DNA of 63,977 nucleotides, filler included, from an uncultured bacterium (GCA_964449065.1; 11 parts of 11 records of this genome joined end to end with filler, not necessarily neighbours in it), one strand, 5' to 3'. Numbered from the whole stretch's first letter, positions 49,788 to 60,824 are shown. A program made the numbers and translations. Notes: a model not told the origin generated them from the letters alone.

Positions 49788-50924
49788 CTAAATCCCACTA
49801 AAAAACACCTTTAACTCATCTCGAATTATTGTGACTTGCTCTTGTGTCATCGATGGATAAAACGGCAGCGTCACTTCCGACTCACTGATCTGCCCGGTGA
49901 TGGGGCATTCGCAATTCGCGTAATCCTTAAAGGCGCTGAATTGATGTATGGCCGGATAGTGGATTGAGGTTTGGATTCCCTGCTCTTTTAACGCTTTCAT
50001 CAAATCGTTGCGGATTCCGGCATTCTTTAAGCGGATGGGAAAGATGTGATATCCAACGTTGGGATAGTTTAAATGCTGGAACGGCAAATGAATTTCTTTC
50101 ATGTCCTGCAACGCTTCCACATACCATTGGTACACCTGTCGTCTTCGGGATAAGAAGTCATCCAAGCGCATCAGCTGGCTTAATCCCAAAGCGCTGCGGA
50201 TTTCATCCATGCGGTAGTTGTAGCCGTGTTTTACGACATCATAGCGGAAGGCGCGGCCTTGGTGGCGGTCTAGCGTTAACGTGGTCATTCCATGCGAACG
50301 CAGCAAACGGATTTGTTCAGCAGTGTCATCACGGTTGGTGACCACCATGCCGCCTTCGCCGGTGGTCATGTTTTTATTACTGAAGAAACTGAAGCAGCCC
50401 ACATCCCCCCAGCAGCCCAAATAGGTATCTTTGTGCTTGGTCACCAACGAATGAGCGCAGTCTTCGATCAGAAAGAGATTGTGTTCTTTCGCGACCGCCG
50501 TCAGATCATCCATCAAACAGGGAAAGCCCGCGTAATGCACCGCCATCACGGCTTTGGATTTTGCTGTAAGTTTTTTCACCAAATCATCCGGCGAAATCGT
50601 CCAATCATCCAAATAACAGATATCGACAAAAACCGGTTTGGCACCAATCTGGATAATCACATTCGCGCACCCAACAAACGTGAGCGATGGCAGCAGCACT
50701 TCATCGCCTTCTCCGATTCCTAACGCGGCGAGAGCAAGATGCAATGCGGTTGTACCCGAACTCACCGCATAAGCATGTTTCGCGTTGATCTTTTCTTTGA
50801 ACGCGTTTTCAAACGCTTGGGTGCGCTCTCCCATCGTCAACCAATGGTCACGGATCGGCAGCGTAGCGGCGTTGATATCGGCTTGATTGAATTCAGGGGT
50901 AAAAAGAGGGATTTTCCAGTCCAT
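49788..50924 (-). CDS. DegT/DnrJ/EryC1/StrS PLP-dependent aminotransferase
   Basis: SSGTTALH, EDCAH, FSFFSNKNMTTGEGG, GYNYRM. Confidence 0.93.
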   Translation of the reverse strand: MDWKIPLFTPEFNQADINAATLPIRDHWLTMGERTQAFENAFKEKINAKHAYAVSSGTTALHLALAALGIGEGDEVLLPSLTFVGCANVIIQIGAKPVFVDICYLDDWTISPDDLVKKLTAKSKAVMAVHYAGFPCLMDDLTAVAKEHNLFLIEDCAHSLVTKHKDTYLGCWGDVGCFSFFSNKNMTTGEGGMVVTNRDDTAEQIRLLRSHGMTTLTLDRHQGRAFRYDVVKHGYNYRMDEIRSALGLSQLMRLDDFLSRRRQVYQWYVEALQDMKEIHLPFQHLNYPNVGYHIFPIRLKNAGIRNDLMKALKEQGIQTSIHYPAIHQFSAFKDYANCECPITGQISESEVTLPFYPSMTQEQVTIIRDELKVFFSGI

Positions 50925-50935
50925 AAGACATCCGC

Positions 50936-51673
50936 TTACATTGATTCATTTGGGAGATAGCGTTCCGCGTGGGTTAAAAATTCTTCGTTGGCTGCATCCA
51001 AATCTTCGTGGGTTCCCATATCGAGCCAATGGCCATCAAACTCATACGCGGCGATGATTTCATTCGCCGCCAGCAGGTCAAACATTAAATGGTCAAAACC
51101 ATAGGGATGGCCTTTGGGAATATACTCGAACACACGCGGCTCGAATAGATAAATACCCATGCTGACATCGTAGTGATATTGCGGCTTTTCTTTGAATCCA
51201 TATATTCGGGATGGATAGGCTTCATGGTTAATATCCATTACCCCGAGCGAAAGCCGCACATCTTTTTTGTAGCTTGCAATCGTGGCAATGGCTTGTGAGT
51301 CGCGGTGGTACCGGATCATATCCTGATAGACAATGTCGGTCAGCAAATCACCGTTCATCACCAAAAAGGTATCGTCCAAGCCATCCACCAAGGTCAATGG
51401 GCCGATCGTGCTGAGAGGCTCATCCTCGTTTGAATAATCGATTTTCACGTTCCATTTGGAACCGTCCCCGATCACTGCACGAATCATATCCGCCTGGTAG
51501 CCGGTGCAGATGGTGATGTGCTCAATGCCTTGCGAAGCCAACTGCCGCACCACAATTTCCAATATCGGCATATTGCCCAAAGGAACCAACGGCTTGGGGA
51601 TGACGATGGTGTAAGGGTACAGGCGCTTTCCCTGCCCCCCGGCTAAAATAACGGCGCGTACTGGTTTTCTCAA
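50936..51673 (-). CDS. Sugar-phosphate nucleotidyltransferase
   Basis: ILAGGQGKRL.P.T..PKPL, MNGDLL, WLDMG. Confidence 0.92.
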   Translation of the reverse strand: MRKPVRAVILAGGQGKRLYPYTIVIPKPLVPLGNMPILEIVVRQLASQGIEHITICTGYQADMIRAVIGDGSKWNVKIDYSNEDEPLSTIGPLTLVDGLDDTFLVMNGDLLTDIVYQDMIRYHRDSQAIATIASYKKDVRLSLGVMDINHEAYPSRIYGFKEKPQYHYDVSMGIYLFEPRVFEYIPKGHPYGFDHLMFDLLAANEIIAAYEFDGHWLDMGTHEDLDAANEEFLTHAERYLPNESM

Positions 51674-52668
51674 ATCGTATACCTGCCTGTCTTATAGTTC
51701 GCGATGGATTCTTTGACGAATTCCAGGGTTTCCTGCAAGCCTTCTCGAAGGCTGTATTTCGGCTGCCATTGCATGAGTTCTTTTGCTTTGTTGTTGCAGC
51801 TGACTAACGTCATCACTTCACTGGCGGATGGACGTACACGTTCGTTATCGGCAGCCACCGGCTTGGTGGTTCCGGTGATGGATTGAATTTCATCCGCCAA
51901 ATCTCCAATCGATATCCCTTCTCCCACACCCAAATTAATGGTTTCCCCGATGACCTTCTCCGCGCACGCACCTGCAATCATGCCATACGCTGTATCTTTT
52001 ACATAGGTGAAATCCCGTACCGGAGATAACGCCCCAAGTTTGATATCGGCCTCATCCGATAGGGCTTGTGTAATAATAGTAGGAATGACCGCTCTTGCCG
52101 ATTGACGGGGGCCGTAGGTGTTGAACGGGCGGATGGTTACCGCAGGCAGACCGAACGATTTGCAATAGCTTTCCACCGCTTTATCGGCCCCGATTTTAGA
52201 CGCGGCATAGGGGGATTGCGCTTGCAGCGGATGGGCTTCATCGATGGGTGTGTATTGCGCTGTGCCGTAGCATTCGCTTGTCGATACCGCGACAAGTCGT
52301 TCTAGGGCATGTTCACGGCAGGCTTCAAGAATATTGATTGTGCCTATTACATTGGTTTGAAAATACGATTGCGGGGCGTGATAGGAGTATGGGATAGCAA
52401 TCAACGCGGCAAGATGAAAAACAACATCTTTTCCTTTCAGTAAGCGCAAAACAAACCCGGAATCGGTGACATCGCCGCCGGTGACTTCTATTGAATCCAG
52501 TTTCTCTTTGGGAAGGGATTCCAGGTTGCCCCAATCTGAACGGGAATCGTAATGAATAAGCGCTGTGACCTTACCACAAAGCGGAATGAGTTCTTCGACT
52601 ACGTGCGAGCCGATGAATCCGCCTGCCCCTGTCACGACTACCGTTTTGTTTTTGAGAAATTCATACAT
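51670..52668 (-). CDS. NAD-dependent sugar 4,6-dehydratase/epimerase (LegB-like)
   Basis: TGAGGFIGSH, LAALIAIPYSY, YAASK, RPFNTYGPRQSARAVIPTII. Confidence 0.9.
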   Translation of the reverse strand: MYEFLKNKTVVVTGAGGFIGSHVVEELIPLCGKVTALIHYDSRSDWGNLESLPKEKLDSIEVTGGDVTDSGFVLRLLKGKDVVFHLAALIAIPYSYHAPQSYFQTNVIGTINILEACREHALERLVAVSTSECYGTAQYTPIDEAHPLQAQSPYAASKIGADKAVESYCKSFGLPAVTIRPFNTYGPRQSARAVIPTIITQALSDEADIKLGALSPVRDFTYVKDTAYGMIAGACAEKVIGETINLGVGEGISIGDLADEIQSITGTTKPVAADNERVRPSASEVMTLVSCNNKAKELMQWQPKYSLREGLQETLEFVKESIANYKTGRYTI

Positions 52669-52791
52669 GCGTTATTCATTCAATCGTGTATCAAGGTTGA
52701 GCCGGGGCGCATTGCAATGTTCCCCTTCAGCATTCATCACTATCCTAATGAGATTAAATCCCCCTGCCAACCTTATTAAAGGGGAAAACAT

Positions 52792-52827
52792 AAACAAAAA
52801 AAACGGGGGCGTTGATTACCCCCGTTT
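52792..52827 (-). terminator. Intrinsic terminator
   Basis: AAACGGGGG...CCCCCGTTT stem followed on the minus strand by a T-tract. Confidence 0.7.
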
Positions 52828-52851
52828 GCTTGATTTATGAGAAGCCTTAAT

Positions 52852-54105
52852 TTACGCGGTTCCCGGTACCGGGATGTTATCCCACGGAAGTTCAGCGTAT
52901 TGGCTTAAATCCGGCGGCATGAGATCAAGGTCTTCGTTCCAGGCTTCGTCCCAAGTGTAGCGTTTGCCGGTGTAGGCAGCCATGCGCCCCATAATGGCCG
53001 TAAAGGTGCTTTCGCAAACTTCCACGGCTTGGTTCCATTTTTTGCCGTTGCCGGTAATGCTTTGCTGTAGGTTGATATGCTCTTGGGTGTATGGGTTTTC
53101 GCCTTCGGATCCCATATCGCGGCAGTTGCTGGTTTTGCCTTTGGAACCGATCACCCATTCGTTTACATCGTTTTTGGAATTGTCCCAATGACGGCAATGG
53201 CTATGCATGTGCAAGCCGCCGGGATACTCGTAATCACAAGAGAAGTTATCCCAAATATTGCCGTATTTTTCGATTTTCGGTTTCCACGCCCTACCGCCAG
53301 AAGCCACGACTGCGACCGGATGTGCTTGAAACACCCAGTTCATGATATCCAAATTGTGGACGTGTTGCTCAACGATATTGTCGCCGCAGTTCCAGCAGAA
53401 CGAATACCAGTTGCGAATTTGATAATCCACATCGGTTTCATACAATTCGCGCTCACGTGCCCACGGTAATGTTCCGTTCCAATACGCGCGGCCGGAAAGA
53501 ACTTCACCGAGTTCGCCGTTATGAATTTTGGCAATGGTTTCCACATATGGTTTTTGGTGGCGGCGCTGCAATCCGCTAACAATATGCAGGCCTTTTTCTT
53601 CGGATTTCTTGGCGGCCGCGTAAAAACGCCGGGTCATCGCGGGATCGGTGGCGACCGGCTTTTCACAAAAGCAATTTAGCCCGGCATCCACCACGGCTTC
53701 AAATTGCTCTGCTTTAAAGCCCGGCGGGGACGCGATGATGACGTAATCCAAATCCATATCGAGCATTTTTTTGTAGCCGTCCCGCCCGGTAAACATGTGA
53801 TCCTTCGGTACATTCACGCGGCCTTTAAATTGTTCAGTCCGGGTTAAACGGTTCACACTGCTTTGCACACGGGATTCAAAATAATCGGCAATCGCGACTA
53901 TTTCCGCGTTGCCGGATGCCTTCATCGCGTCTTGCGCCGCGCCGGTTCCACGGCCGCCAGAACCAATTACCCCAATTTTCATTTTGGGGTTTTGCGCATC
54001 GGAATGTTTTGGATTTAAAATATTGAATGCGGTAATGGCTCCTGCACCCAATGCCGCTTTGCGGGTAAAATCACGGCGGTTCAATGGTTGTTTTTGATCT
54101 GACAT
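52852..54105 (-). CDS. Tat-exported Gfo/Idh/MocA oxidoreductase
   Basis: NRRDF Tat motif; IGSGGRG; CEKP; VEQHVHNLD. Confidence 0.9.
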   Translation of the reverse strand: MSDQKQPLNRRDFTRKAALGAGAITAFNILNPKHSDAQNPKMKIGVIGSGGRGTGAAQDAMKASGNAEIVAIADYFESRVQSSVNRLTRTEQFKGRVNVPKDHMFTGRDGYKKMLDMDLDYVIIASPPGFKAEQFEAVVDAGLNCFCEKPVATDPAMTRRFYAAAKKSEEKGLHIVSGLQRRHQKPYVETIAKIHNGELGEVLSGRAYWNGTLPWARERELYETDVDYQIRNWYSFCWNCGDNIVEQHVHNLDIMNWVFQAHPVAVVASGGRAWKPKIEKYGNIWDNFSCDYEYPGGLHMHSHCRHWDNSKNDVNEWVIGSKGKTSNCRDMGSEGENPYTQEHINLQQSITGNGKKWNQAVEVCESTFTAIMGRMAAYTGKRYTWDEAWNEDLDLMPPDLSQYAELPWDNIPVPGTA

Positions 54106-54373
54106 TGGAAATTCTCCCCTTTCAGAATTGTTTCTCTTTAATTTAACTTACACGATCTTGCGGGTTTAATAAAGCCTTAAAATCAGACAGCATGGACTTT
54201 CATACGGATTTTCTTTCCCACTTGATTGGACATTCCTTGCTCATTGCTAGATACCTTTTTAGGATAGATACACAATCTGTTCCCGGTTCGTTGCCGCAGC
54301 ACTTCACCGGGCTATATAATGCGGACAAAATTCACCACTGGCAGTTTGAACTCTTTTGATGAAGAATCATTCT

Positions 54374-54877
54374 ATGACCACGTTCAGCAACATATCGATT
54401 CGACGGGCAACCTTAGAAGATTTGCCAACTGTTACCCGTTTGTGGAAAGAAATGATGGTGTACCACCGTTCGTTTGACGCACGGTTTGAGTTGGTACCGG
54501 ATGCGGAGGATATATACTTACAGCATTTGACATCCAATCTATCCAACTTTGATTATGGCCTGTTTGTCGCCGAAATTGATGAAACGATTACCGGCTATGC
54601 TATCGGGATGATTCTTAACAATCCGGCGGTGTTTCAATTGGACCGCTATGGGTTTGTTTCCGAAATGGCAGTGGATGAAACGTATCAACGCCGGGGCATC
54701 GGCGGAGAATTGTGGAAACACCTGCAGCGGTGGTTTCAGAGACGCGGCGTGCAAGTCATGCAGCTGAATGTTTCGCCGCGAAATACTAAAGGGTTTGAAT
54801 TTTGGAAAAAAATGGGATGCAATGAGTTTTTAACCATCATGTGGCATGACATCCCCAGAAAATCAGGCAAACCATAA
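54374..54877 (+). CDS. GNAT N-acetyltransferase
   Basis: IRRAT..DL; V..YQRRGIG; N..G..FW.K.G. Confidence 0.85.
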   Translation: MTTFSNISIRRATLEDLPTVTRLWKEMMVYHRSFDARFELVPDAEDIYLQHLTSNLSNFDYGLFVAEIDETITGYAIGMILNNPAVFQLDRYGFVSEMAVDETYQRRGIGGELWKHLQRWFQRRGVQVMQLNVSPRNTKGFEFWKKMGCNEFLTIMWHDIPRKSGKP

Positions 54878-54881
54878 AACA

Positions 54882-55182
54882 ATGAATTCATTTGCTGGTA
54901 CAATAATCGCATTGGTGGAACTGGGCAGGCCGAAACAATGGGTGAAAAACGCGTTTGTGTTTGCCCCGCTGATTTTCGCGGAACGGTTGACGGACTTCCC
55001 TTCCGCGGGAAAATCGTTTTTGGCTTTTGGTTTGTTCTGCCTCTTTTCTTCCTGCGTATATATGCTCAACGATATTGCCGACCTCAAGCGCGACCGTGAG
55101 CATCCGGAAAAACGCCACCGCCCGCTGCCGTCCAACCGCCTGACGATTCCCACGGTAATCATCAGTATGGCAGTGTTATTCG
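54882..55182 (+). CDS. UbiA-family decaprenyl-phosphate phosphoribosyltransferase (3'-truncated)
   Basis: RPKQWVKN, YMLND..D..RDREHPEKRHRP. Confidence 0.85.
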
Positions 55183-55282
55183 NNNNNNNNNNNNNNNNNN
55201 NNNNNNNNNNNNNNNNNNNNNNNNNNTTAATTAATTAANNNNNNNNNNNNNNNNNNNNNNNNNNNNNNNNNNNNNNNNNNNN

Positions 55283-56068
55283 GGGTTTTTCGATGGGTTG
55301 AAACGACCAGAACTTTCGCCCTTCTTCGATATCGATTTCCCGTTTAGCGAGTACTGTTCCGGTGCGGGGGTCGGGGGCTCCCATTTCCACCCACATTTCC
55401 AGCGTGTGGATATCGTCATCACTCATTTTTCCGGTGGGCGGCATTTGCAGCTCAGGATCTTCGTAACGGACCAATTTGATTAGCAGGCTTTCATCCACAT
55501 TCCCCGGAACGACCGCCGGGCCGGAGTCGCCACCGGTGCGCCAGCCTTCGGCCACATCCAGATTCAAGCCGCCCATGACATTGTTCTTTTCTTTTGAGTG
55601 GCAGGATAAGCAGTTGTCGATCAATAGAGGACGGACACGCTTCTCAAAAAACGCAATTTGCTGAGTGGACAACGGTTCGTTCTCTACCGCTGCCGTTTCA
55701 ACCGTTTTTTTGTTTTGAGGTACTTTTTGCTTCGGTTTGTTTTGCGGGGGATTCTGATTGGCTAAATACTTTTTGAGTTTTTCAAGTTCATGCAACCGGG
55801 TTTTTGAATCTTCGATCTGTTCTTCCAATTGGGCAAACTGTCTTTCGATTTCTTGCAGACGGGTTCGCATCCATTGCGAAAGCGCGTCCATCCCGTTGGG
55901 GTCGGCTTGCAGCGTCTGGATGCTGTTGAGCAGTTGGTCGACAGATTTTTGCTGGTCTGTATTTAACCCGGCGGCTTGTAGGTATGATGCGCATAGCAAT
56001 GAGGAAAAAACAATTCCAAACATAGACCGCCAAACATTGCCGTTGAAGATATTCATAGACAAATCCAT
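55283..56068 (-). CDS. Planctomycete cytochrome c (PSCyt1) domain protein (3'-truncated)
   Basis: FFEKRVRPLL..NCLSCH, GGDSGPAVVPG, MPP, W..MGAP, FWSFQP; preceded by a signal peptide and coiled coil. Confidence 0.85.
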
Positions 56069-56245
56069 CCCCAAAAAAGTTAATCAATATTATCGACATA
56101 ATTTCGGGTTCTGTCAATTCATTCTTAACATTCATTCTTAACGGCAGGGTGCATGTTATCTCGCTCGGTAAAAAAAGATTGTTCCAGAGAAGCAATAAGA
56201 TTGAAGCGTATTGACAGCCTATCAATCCCCCGCTAGCCCTACGCG

Positions 56246-56425
56246 ATTGACGGAAGGAAATTAACCTGAAAAACAACGCTTTGTCTTCCCCCAATGCTTT
56301 GGAGGGGCTGTCCGACGCAAGGAGGACAGAGGGGGGTGCGAAGAGAACCATAAACCATAAAGATTCAATCTATTTTTAGAAGTATTGTCCTTGGCAATCA
56401 AACGAAGCAATCGGTTAAGCCGTTT
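56246..56425 (-). mobile_element. MITE family C, partial, lacking the nested B element
   Basis: Reverse complement of 3240-3304 joined directly to 3414-3520. Confidence 0.7.
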
Positions 56426-56464
56426 TGATTTGAGTGAACAATCCTAATTGCAAAAGGTATAAAT

Positions 56465-56494
56465 AAACCGGGGCATGAGATCACACCCCGGTTT
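56465..56494 (-). terminator. Intrinsic terminator
   Basis: AAACCGGGG...CCCCGGTTT stem downstream of 56523-57860. Confidence 0.6.
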
Positions 56495-56522
56495 CGTTTC
56501 GGTATAGATGAATCGGGTTTAC

Positions 56523-57860
56523 TTACGCGGTGTACGCTTCCATTGTCTCGGGATTCCACATTACCTTCTTGCCGCTCTTGAATGACATAATCGACATGTG
56601 CGCAATCGCCGCGCCGTGGAAACCGGCCAACAGCGGACAGGTCGGTTCTTCGCGTGACTTCACGCAGTCATACCAGTTTTCGATATGATCGCGTACGCCT
56701 TGGTCCGTGGCTTGCGCGATGCTTTCTCCATAGGTGATTTCTTCTTCTTCCACATCTTTATTGCGCAAGCCCGGCTCTTCTGGAATCACACGCAATTTGT
56801 TATACAGGGTAATCTCAATCGTGCCTTCGCTGCCGAACATCGATATCCCGTATTGGCGGCTGTTATCGGTTGTGTTGGTGAAGCGGGCATGATAGTTCAC
56901 TTGGAAGTTATCAAATTCCATAATGGTGCTCCATACATCCGGCGTTTCGCGGTGGTCTTTCCAGCGGTAAATATCGCCGGAAGCAATCACGCTTCTCGGC
57001 ATGCCGGTTTCCATCACGGTATTGATCGCGTCGATTTGGTGCACCATCAAATCGCTGCCGATACCGTTGGAGTAATCCCAATAGCAACGCCATTGGAAAT
57101 AGCGCTTCAAGTCAAATTCGGTCTTGGGAGCCGGTCCTAAAAAGCGTTCCCAATCTACCGTATCTTCTTCCGCGTCTTCCGGGATATCATACAACCAGGC
57201 GCGGTTTGGGTCGTTGTTTTTAAAGTTGCGGTTCCACCAACCTTCCACAAAGGTAACATCTCCAATTCTGCCGTCTTTAATCATTTGCCGCGCGTTATAA
57301 AACAAAGGAACACTGCGGCGCTGGGTTCCGACTTGCACGATGAGATCTTTGCCTTCCGCTTCTTGCAGCAACTTTTTTCCCTCTTGGTAGGTATGCACCA
57401 TGGGTTTTTCCAAATACATATCCAGGCCGGCCGCAATGCAGTCGGACGCGTGTTGGTAGTGCAAATGCTCCGGGGTGGCGATGAACACGCCGTCTAAGTT
57501 TTTTTCTTTTTCCAGCATTTCTTCATGGTTCGGATAGCCGTTGCATTTTTCGGTCATTCGCTCGGCCAAGTCCATGCCTTGATACATCCAGTCTTCGTAC
57601 GTATCCGCTACCGCAACAAATTCAATCGGCTTTTCTTTGCGCTGCCCCAAGCGCATGGCTTGGTTCATTAAATAGCGTCCCCGCTTGCCGGATCCGATAA
57701 TCCCGACACGCATGACTTCATTCTGTCCCAACACGTTGATCGCCGGGGCGGTCATTGCCGCACCCGCGATCGCGGCTATTTGGCCGGATTTGTTGATAAA
57801 TTCACGGCGGTTGGGATTGGTGTTTGTATGTTGTGTTTGGTCTGTCTTTTGGTTTGACAT
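56523..57860 (-). CDS. Tat-exported Gfo/Idh/MocA oxidoreductase
   Basis: NRREF; IGSGKRG; ATPEHLH; LEKP; WRCYWDYSNG..DLMVH. Confidence 0.9.
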   Translation of the reverse strand: MSNQKTDQTQHTNTNPNRREFINKSGQIAAIAGAAMTAPAINVLGQNEVMRVGIIGSGKRGRYLMNQAMRLGQRKEKPIEFVAVADTYEDWMYQGMDLAERMTEKCNGYPNHEEMLEKEKNLDGVFIATPEHLHYQHASDCIAAGLDMYLEKPMVHTYQEGKKLLQEAEGKDLIVQVGTQRRSVPLFYNARQMIKDGRIGDVTFVEGWWNRNFKNNDPNRAWLYDIPEDAEEDTVDWERFLGPAPKTEFDLKRYFQWRCYWDYSNGIGSDLMVHQIDAINTVMETGMPRSVIASGDIYRWKDHRETPDVWSTIMEFDNFQVNYHARFTNTTDNSRQYGISMFGSEGTIEITLYNKLRVIPEEPGLRNKDVEEEEITYGESIAQATDQGVRDHIENWYDCVKSREEPTCPLLAGFHGAAIAHMSIMSFKSGKKVMWNPETMEAYTA

Positions 57861-57998
57861 CGTGACTCCCCTTTTAAGAATTCGGTTTTGGCTTAGAGCC
57901 TTCCTGTTTTGATTTTTTTTTCAACGGTATCGTAATCGTTTGAATCTGAGCTAAGTATAACGTAGAATTGTAACGAATTGAACACCTGCTGAGTATCG

Positions 57999-58574
57999 CT
58001 ATTTGTTTCGGGAACTTGTTGTATTGCCGGCGTGATTTTCTATTTCCTCCACAACCGTTTGTCCCCATAAGGTTTGCAGGATATCCGCAACCTCGGGGGA
58101 TAATTGACTGGTTTTCTTCTTTTTATGATTGCAATGAAATTCATAAGCGTCCTGATCCACCCCAACTATTTCATTGGGCGGGTCCGATATCGATAGCGGC
58201 CAAAGGATACATACCTGCGGTTTTACTGTCTCTAACGGGATATTCAATTCCAATGCCACTGTATGCAGCGAACACAAGGTTGCTCCATCTTTGCGGTATC
58301 CAAACACGCATAGACCGTCATCTTGCGTCTCGATACTGACTAGACCGTCACCGGTATCGTCGAACACATTTTCAAGCGAGCCGTCTTCATCCACAATATG
58401 CGGAACATACTCCGCGGCCAGCGGCATAATTCCGACAATCCGCTCGACTTCTTTCTCGGTAATGCACACATCAAAACTCGAACAGCAATTGCGTTCACCT
58501 GTTAGGCACATGTCGCACTTGTGTTCCAGTTCCAAAATGGGCAAGGCTTCTTGGGTCATGTCAGGACGAGTCAT
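57999..58574 (-). CDS. Cys-cluster protein (DUF3109/YkgJ-like)
   Basis: CDMC...CC, CVF, CSLH, KPQVCILWPL. Confidence 0.7.
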   Translation of the reverse strand: MTRPDMTQEALPILELEHKCDMCLTGERNCCSSFDVCITEKEVERIVGIMPLAAEYVPHIVDEDGSLENVFDDTGDGLVSIETQDDGLCVFGYRKDGATLCSLHTVALELNIPLETVKPQVCILWPLSISDPPNEIVGVDQDAYEFHCNHKKKKTSQLSPEVADILQTLWGQTVVEEIENHAGNTTSSRNK

Positions 58575-58614
58575 AAAGTTTATCCGAAAGATGAATCCAA
58601 TGGTATATTATTAT

Positions 58615-59051
58615 CTCACCTTACGCGTTCGTTATGATATGCACGTTATTTTAATCGTTCGCTGTATCTATCGCCCTCGCCCACCGGGAGAGGGTTGGGG
58701 TGAGGGCTTATGGAGGCTATGCCCTTTACGGACACAGTTGCATTACAGGGAGCAATCGCTCTCTTCGCCCTCATCTCTGATCTTCTCCCAACGGGAGAAG
58801 ATAATAGACCTTGCGTTTGACTGATACCAGGTTGTAAAAAGTAAGTGAACTATTCCATTTTTTATTTTGAAGGGGTAACCCCCAGTGGTTACCCCACAGC
58901 AGGGCAGCCCCTACAGTCGTATGGAAATTTATCCATACCATTTTCACTGCAACTTAGTATTGGAATAGTTGGCCTTTTACAAAAACCATTTTCAAGCAAT
59001 AGTCAATCATCATTTGGGTTATCATTTGCGTCATTATTTGCGTAACTTCAG
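58615..59051 (-). mobile_element. MITE family A, full length, interrupted by element E
   Basis: CTCACCTTACGC ... GCGTAACTTCAG ends; both internal hairpins present. Confidence 0.75.
58827..58957. mobile_element. MITE E (131 bp) nested in family A
   Basis: TA|CCAGGTTGTA...TGCAACTTAG|TA imperfect TIR; absent from other A copies. Confidence 0.65.
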
Positions 59052-59624
59052 GTATTCATATAAACCATAGATCAAAAATAAAAGTGCTAAAGGATACCGT
59101 TAGGATTCACCGCTGAAATTTTTTTAACTTGTTTCCATCCTTTGCGCCGCCACGATGGCATGCGCTTACGTGCAGGCGGGAACCGGTACGTGGGGGACAT
59201 GGTTAACTTCCCTAAATTGGACAAAACCGGTGAAGAAGTATTGCAGAAGCTGAAACGTCGTAATCTACCTTTGCAATGCCTGTCAAAACCCAAGTTGACT
59301 TGTATAATCAACAACTTATTGATTTAAGCGTTTGCATAGTGAAGTGGTCATTGCGCGGTATCATGCTTGGTATTCAAATGAAGCAATCTACCGAATTCGA
59401 ATATCTTCCCCGCTAAGTTTATGCGGACATTTGCAGTGTGGGTTCAAAGCGAAGCGTTGCCAGCCACGTGTGTCAGCGAGTCTCGTTTGAATTGGATAAC
59501 AATATGGAAAGACACCTCAAAAGCCAAAATATACTAAGCCTTTATTCGCGTTGATTCGCGTGCATTCGCGGTTAAAAAATGCGTTGTATCAGTCCATACA
59601 GGAAAGAAGTAAGGGAATTATCGC

Positions 59625-60824
59625 ATGAAATCCAGCCCGTTGCTGATTGTCTTTATCACCGTATTTATTGATCTTCTCGGTTTTGGTATCCTCATTCCCC
59701 TCGCCCCGTTTTTCGCGGTTGAGTTTGGCGCGGACGGCATTACCTTCAGTTGGCTGATGGCGGTCTACTCCATCATGCAGTTTATTTTTTCCCCCATGTG
59801 GGGCCGGCTCTCCGACCGTGTGGGACGCCGCCCCATCATGCTGCTCAGCCTTGCGGCATCCACCACCGGCTACATCATTTTTGCGCTGGCGGATTCGCTA
59901 TTCTGGCTGTTTATTTCACGCATCATTGCGGGATTCGGCGCCGCCAATATCTCGACCGCCCAAGCCATCATCGCCGATACCATGCCCCCCGAAAAACGCA
60001 CCAAAGGCATGGGCATCGTCGGCATGGCTATCGGATTCGGCTTTACCTTCGGGCCGGCGTTGGCCTTTGGATTTCTCTTCTTTTATCCCGAAAGTTACGC
60101 CCCCATCTTTTGGGCCGCCGCCGCGCTATCCGGTTTCGATTTATTGCTCGCCTATTTTATCCTGCCCGAAACCCGTTCTTCCAGCGGATCGAAGGCCGTG
60201 CAGGAAAAGCGCTTTTCCCTGTCACGGTTGAAATTGGCTCTATCCGTTCCGGTCGTGTCTACGCTGCTGATTTCATCGCTCACCTTCTATATCGCCTTCT
60301 CGATGATGGAAGTTATGCTGGGATTGTTTGGCGAAAAAGCCTTCGGGCTTTCGGCCTTTGGGTACAGCGGCATTATGTTCGGGGTGGGATTGATTTTGGC
60401 ATTCGTGCAGGGAGGCCTGGTGCATCACGTGGCCAAACGCATCGGTGACTTGAATACCCTGTGTCTCGGCTTATTCGGGATCGCGGTGGGGTTATTGACT
60501 CTGGGATACTCAGGTTCCATCACCACCATGGTGGTTTCCACCAGCATTCTGGCCGCATTCGTTGGGCTATCCAACCCCGCTCTAACCAGCCTCATCTCGC
60601 AATACAGTGCAGCCGATATCCAAGGCGGTATGCTGGGTCTCAATCAATCCATGGCCAGTTTGGGTAGAATCCTTGGCCCCATCATCGGAGGACTTTGCTT
60701 TGACTACATCCACATCCGCTCCCCCTTCGCCGTCGGAGCCTTCATGATCTTCGTCGTCTTTGTCATACTTGTTAAACTCAACCCGCCTCCACCTCAAACG
60801 GAACAGCAAAGCAGTAAAACATGA
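59625..60824 (+). CDS. MFS transporter, TetA/DHA1-like
   Basis: VFIDLLGFGILIP, GRLSDRVGRRP, GFTFGP; about 12 hydrophobic segments. Confidence 0.92.
   Translation: MKSSPLLIVFITVFIDLLGFGILIPLAPFFAVEFGADGITFSWLMAVYSIMQFIFSPMWGRLSDRVGRRPIMLLSLAASTTGYIIFALADSLFWLFISRIIAGFGAANISTAQAIIADTMPPEKRTKGMGIVGMAIGFGFTFGPALAFGFLFFYPESYAPIFWAAAALSGFDLLLAYFILPETRSSSGSKAVQEKRFSLSRLKLALSVPVVSTLLISSLTFYIAFSMMEVMLGLFGEKAFGLSAFGYSGIMFGVGLILAFVQGGLVHHVAKRIGDLNTLCLGLFGIAVGLLTLGYSGSITTMVVSTSILAAFVGLSNPALTSLISQYSAADIQGGMLGLNQSMASLGRILGPIIGGLCFDYIHIRSPFAVGAFMIFVVFVILVKLNPPPPQTEQQSSKT

Noticed and set aside
58174..59045. ORFs 58174-58824 and 58845-59045 (also 3118-3303, 5708-5899, 55788-56351) as genes or transposases
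   Set aside because: They read through MITE sequence or antisense to real genes and show no transposase motifs
59087..59520. Short ORFs and an IHF-consensus match (AATCAACAACTTA) upstream of the MFS gene
   Set aside because: No recognisable protein family or supporting context; possibly decayed sequence
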